Source: an uncultured Dehalococcoidales bacterium (GTDB lineage Bacteria > Chloroflexota > Dehalococcoidia > GIF9 > UBA5629). Taken from it: 38,618 nucleotides of DNA. The number at the start of each line of letters is the position of its first letter. Position 1 is the stretch's first letter. Positions 35,253 through 38,618 of the stretch are shown here, piece after piece. A model generated the notes under the pieces. The model was not told the origin of the DNA and searched no databases. It worked only from the letters and a program-made list of their open reading frames with translations. The stretch covers positions 1-38,618 of the forward strand of contig CAYVBI010000003.1 of assembly GCA_964448985.1 (NCBI GenBank). Direction: 5' to 3'. Made by a program: the position numbers and the translations under genes.

Positions 35253-36749
35253 CTAACCCAGGTCCACCAGATTCTTCATACCGGAGCGCAATCGTGAGAG
35301 CTGGATAAAATGCGTGGGATTGATGAAGAGCTCTGTGAGATTGGCTATATCATCGATAGTCGCACCTTTCTTCAGCAGGTACAGCAGGTACTGGAATGAG
35401 TCCTTACCGCCATAGCCCACGTGCTGTGCGCCCAGGAATTTACGGGTCTTTGCATCATAGATAATCTTCTGGAACCCGGACAGGTCCGGCCATTGGTGAG
35501 CGAATTCCATGGTCCCCTCGGCCAGGGGTAAAGGCAGCCAGTTCTTGTAGCCCTGTATGGGCATCCTGGCTACAAAGACCTGCCCGACCTTCTCTTTGGC
35601 CTCTTTCTCGGTCATGCCCACCCAGGTGGTCTCGTAGAATGTATGCAACGTATCTGCAAATAGCTCGGTCTCGAATTCTGCGGGAGCTCCGAGTATATTC
35701 TTGGCCGCCATCATGCCGCCCTGCCTGGCCTTCCACATCTCCATGACGCCGCCTGTGATATCGCCACTGGCGTATATCCCGGGTACGTTGGTTGCCATGT
35801 GTTTGTCAATGATTATCTCTTTCTTGGGACCGGTTTTAACACCGACCGGAGTGACAATCTCCGAGCGCGGCGCGCATCCTGTTCCCAGATACACAAGATC
35901 TGCCTTAATTACCTTCTCCACACCGTCTTTCCCCTTGACCGTCACGGATTTGACCGAGCCGCTACCGTTTATAGAGACCAGCGTGGTCTCGTCAAGCACC
36001 GGCAGGCCCCTGATCTTCATCATGCGAAGAGTATATTCCCTTACATCATCGTCGATGGGGAACTGGCTGAGAGCCGGCATCATCTCGACCACGGTAGTGT
36101 TGCAGCCGACCGCGTTGAAAAAGGCAGCCCAGGGCAGCCCGCTCTTGGAGGCGCCCACCACTACAACATCTTTGGGCTCGTAATCCAGCTCAAGAAAATC
36201 TGCGTAAGTATATACGCCCTTGAGTTTAGTTCCAGGCACGGGGGGCACAGAGGGCCCGGCGCCAGCCGCCACGATGATGTTCTTTGTTTTAAACTCGCCC
36301 TTACCCTGAACTGAGACAGTGTGCGCATCAAGAACGGAGGCACGCTGGTTGAGCAAAAACTGTAGTTTAAGCTGCTCCTTGCTCTGGTGGAACATAAAAT
36401 CAAATACATACTCCCGGCCTATATGGTAGTCCCTCAGTATTGGTAATATTTCAACCTTACCATTTTTCCCGGGGAACTTGGGCCAGTATTCTTTCTTGTC
36501 CCAGATTCTCGCCTTGTCCAGCTCAACGGCTATCTCGTAAAGATAGTGGTGCAGCACGCAGGCGTTTTTACAGCATTTACCGCCCAGGTGGTTGTCAGCC
36601 TCGATGGTAAGCTGGTTGCCGCCCATGGCGCGGAAGTACGAGGAACCGAACCTTCCTGAAGCTCCGCCGCCGATAAAAATGGCGTCCCATTCCCGGGTGG
36701 TTGAATCATAATTGTCATACGGCCTTCGGCTATCGTAAAAAGTTGTCAT
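35253..36749 (-). CDS. FAD-dependent pyridine-nucleotide-disulfide oxidoreductase, 2-ketopropyl-CoM oxidoreductase/carboxylase (2-KPCC)-like
   Basis: DAIFIGGGASGRFG FAD motif. Redox pair C59-CKNA-C64. Second Rossmann motif VVVVGASKSG. C-terminal ELFINPTHFIQLSRLRSG has F-x4-H where canonical members carry H-x4-E. SD aggagag. Confidence 0.7.
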   Translation of the reverse strand: MTTFYDSRRPYDNYDSTTREWDAIFIGGGASGRFGSSYFRAMGGNQLTIEADNHLGGKCCKNACVLHHYLYEIAVELDKARIWDKKEYWPKFPGKNGKVEILPILRDYHIGREYVFDFMFHQSKEQLKLQFLLNQRASVLDAHTVSVQGKGEFKTKNIIVAAGAGPSVPPVPGTKLKGVYTYADFLELDYEPKDVVVVGASKSGLPWAAFFNAVGCNTTVVEMMPALSQFPIDDDVREYTLRMMKIRGLPVLDETTLVSINGSGSVKSVTVKGKDGVEKVIKADLVYLGTGCAPRSEIVTPVGVKTGPKKEIIIDKHMATNVPGIYASGDITGGVMEMWKARQGGMMAAKNILGAPAEFETELFADTLHTFYETTWVGMTEKEAKEKVGQVFVARMPIQGYKNWLPLPLAEGTMEFAHQWPDLSGFQKIIYDAKTRKFLGAQHVGYGGKDSFQYLLYLLKKGATIDDIANLTELFINPTHFIQLSRLRSGMKNLVDLG

Positions 36750-36781
36750 TCTATCTCTCCTGCATCCTAATTTATTAAGGC

Positions 36782-36997
36782 TCAGTCTTTTAATACGTGC
36801 GTAACCGTACGTATACAGTCAAGCCTGTTACAGGTTGTCTCTATCTTCTCGAAATTGCGGAAAGCCAGCCCGAAGTTGTCAGCGCTCAGCTTAACTTTGC
36901 AGACAAAGCATTTGAGCTTGCCGGCAACCAGGTTGTCCCAGATTCCCAGGTATTGCAGGTGGTCCTTAAGTTCGCCCTGATAAGATTGTAGACGCAT
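36782..36997 (-). CDS. 71-aa 4-Cys (CxxC...CxxxxC) small protein
   Basis: Strong SD aggagg 6 nt before the ATG. Cys residues at 30, 33, 56 and 61 (CFVC...CNRLDC). Sits between the LarA-like and 2-KPCC-like genes with 38- and 32-nt gaps. Confidence 0.55.
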   Translation of the reverse strand: MRLQSYQGELKDHLQYLGIWDNLVAGKLKCFVCKVKLSADNFGLAFRNFEKIETTCNRLDCIRTVTHVLKD

Positions 36998-37035
36998 TTT
37001 ACGCCTCCTGATTAATATAATGACTGGAAATTATT

Positions 37036-38490
37036 TTACTTTACGTAAAACCTGGGCCTGACTCTGGTCCAGAAGGACGGACAGGCCATGACCCGGGGAT
37101 TCTTGCCGACGATTTTTTCGGCAATTTTCATTGCGTCCGCAAAATTCCTGGCAGGCGTGCAGCCGACGTCGCGCACCGAGCCGGGCCCTCCGGTACCGCT
37201 GACCTGCACCTGCGCCAGGGGATTGTCCATGCCCGGCACGCCGGCCATGATGATTTTATTGGCATGGTTTAGCGCATACTCACTCTCATACATCAGCCAG
37301 AAGCCGTGCACCGGCGCATATGCATAGGCGTGCCTGTATTTAAAGATGAGGTCCTCGCGGTGCATAAACTCCTCCTGGTAAATAGACAGTTCCTGCATGG
37401 AAAAACAGTTCCGGTAAAGGTCGAGTATTTCTGCATATGAAGGATGCGACCTCTCGTCTATGGTCCCGTCGCAGTGTGCCAGTGCTATGACTACTCCGCC
37501 CTCCCTCAACAGGGGCTTGTTGACCCACATGCGTACCGGGGCACATGCTGCGGCGAGCGCTATCAGTGGATTACTGGTCTCGCCGTACAGCGAGTAGCGG
37601 GGCACGCCGTATATAAGCACATCGGCCTGAGGCACCTCCATGTGATAGATGCTTTCGGCAAATTTCCAGGTAGGCTCGTTGATCTCAGGCGAATAACCTG
37701 CAAAAATACCGGCCGGTGCGCCACCGGCAGTGGGTACGACATCTACGTAAAATACACGTTTGCCGGTATGTTTTTCGATCTGGGCCATGACTGCTTCCTT
37801 GTGAGAGCGGTACATCATGGTATGCTGATTGCCGTGGCAGGAATCAGGATGGCCGACAACAGGAAAACCGTGTGTCGAAGTCATGCTGCGCGTGCTGGGG
37901 TAACCGATTATCACGCCTGTCCCAGTCATGCCGCCCCAGTTCGAAACGACGACTGTGCCGGTATATATAAAGAGTTCGGAATCTTCCAGCGCCCTGTTGT
38001 ACTCCACATAATCGCCCATGGCAGATGTGCCCATATATACAAGGTTATCCGCATCATGGCAGTCATGGTTTATGACCCTTGAGGCGCTGCCGGAGGGTGC
38101 AAACCTGTCATATATGGCCGGGCCCAGGTAAGCCCTTAACTGAGGATCGGTCCATTTGCAGTGATTGCCGCTGCCGCACAGCAAATATATATTTTCTTCC
38201 TTCACACCAGCCTTTAGCAGCTCTTCAATGAGAATAGGGATAATCATCTGCCGCGGCTTCCCGGGCCGGGAGGGATCATCAAAACCGATGGTGACTTTGC
38301 CGTTACGCGCCTTTTTGGCCAGATCAGCCAGAGGTGGAGCACCGATCGGCTTTGCAATGGCCTCCCGTATGACTTTTTCGGGATCCTTTAAGGCCGGGGG
38401 ATTGGGTATCTCTCCGACTACTGTGTCTTCCGGCACCTCAATGTCAATCTTCCTGTCCCAATAGTCTGCCTGGATCGTTTTATTACTCAC
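37036..38490 (-). CDS. LarA-like (lactate racemase N-terminal domain / DUF2088) protein
   Basis: AIAKPIGAPPLADLA...KVTIGFDDPSRPGKP...LLCGSGNHCKWT...VINHD follows the LarA_N pattern (PIGS..L, D.TRP, ATG.HR, NHD). Start moved to the GTG at 38490, which has aaggagg 6 nt upstream; the track TTG at 38508 lies inside that SD. Confidence 0.65.
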   Translation of the reverse strand: MSNKTIQADYWDRKIDIEVPEDTVVGEIPNPPALKDPEKVIREAIAKPIGAPPLADLAKKARNGKVTIGFDDPSRPGKPRQMIIPILIEELLKAGVKEENIYLLCGSGNHCKWTDPQLRAYLGPAIYDRFAPSGSASRVINHDCHDADNLVYMGTSAMGDYVEYNRALEDSELFIYTGTVVVSNWGGMTGTGVIIGYPSTRSMTSTHGFPVVGHPDSCHGNQHTMMYRSHKEAVMAQIEKHTGKRVFYVDVVPTAGGAPAGIFAGYSPEINEPTWKFAESIYHMEVPQADVLIYGVPRYSLYGETSNPLIALAAACAPVRMWVNKPLLREGGVVIALAHCDGTIDERSHPSYAEILDLYRNCFSMQELSIYQEEFMHREDLIFKYRHAYAYAPVHGFWLMYESEYALNHANKIIMAGVPGMDNPLAQVQVSGTGGPGSVRDVGCTPARNFADAMKIAEKIVGKNPRVMACPSFWTRVRPRFYVK

Positions 38491-38618
38491 CGGTATCCTC
38501 CTTAACAATCAAGATCGATCGGTATTAATCTCCCGATCAGATTCAATGGCGGTCTCATAATATCACAGCAATAACACCAAACCAAACCACTTAATTAATA
38601 TCCCTGGCATTAGACAAA

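Noticed and set aside
38529-38550. Inverted repeat gatcgg-N10-ccgatc upstream of the LarA-like gene
   Set aside because: With 6-bp arms containing the common GATC/CGATCG palindrome, a chance occurrence is plausible. It is noted only as a possible operator.
1-38618. Search for a mobile element, prophage, CRISPR array, tRNA/rRNA gene or classical defence island
   Set aside because: I recognised no transposase, integrase, Cas, restriction-modification or toxin-antitoxin genes. There is no repeat-spacer array. No intergenic region is long enough or structured enough for a tRNA or rRNA. The NYN protein and the nuclease-fold repeats in the regulator are not embedded in a defence-like context.

Overview
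This is a chromosomal segment with about 39 protein-coding genes. I saw no rRNA, tRNA, CRISPR array, transposase or integrase. The gene content suggests an anaerobic bacterium: a four-subunit 2-oxoacid:ferredoxin oxidoreductase, many Fe-S proteins and a GerW/YtfJ-like operon. The phylum cannot be fixed from sequence alone.

Gene order: comEA-comEC; a NYN-domain protein; a minus-strand gerW-like operon; a nucleotidyltransferase, a YgjP-like hydrolase and a cupin; porGDAB followed by three tandem paralogous Cys-rich Fe-S proteins; an acyl-CoA dehydrogenase; a LemA-TPM pair; a DUF3795 protein; an orphan solute-binding lipoprotein; a DUF47 protein; a nitroreductase; and an RsbW-like kinase with a CDF transporter. 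Next comes an AT-richer envelope/exopolysaccharide-like region holding a secreted protein, a TPR protein and an internally duplicated NodB-like lipoprotein. Convergent to it is a probable 5-gene operon: GAF histidine kinase, OmpR regulator, a 763-aa atypical response regulator, a processive GT2 synthase and an epimerase. A UDP-sugar dehydrogenase is transcribed divergently from that operon. The window ends with a minus-strand operon: LarA-like protein, 71-aa 4-Cys protein, 2-KPCC-like flavoprotein and SDR.

Best candidates for undescribed biology:
1. The LarA-like / 2-KPCC-like / SDR operon. The flavoprotein has CxxxxC plus F-x4-H where canonical enzymes have H-x4-E.
2. The atypical response regulator (REC, about 185-aa Pro/Gln linker, multi-Cys zinc-ribbon region, two degenerate nuclease-fold repeats), which is wired to a glycan synthase.
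3. The triplicated Fe-S proteins downstream of POR.

Several start codons in the ORF track were moved to downstream ATG/GTG codons preceded by Shine-Dalgarno motifs.
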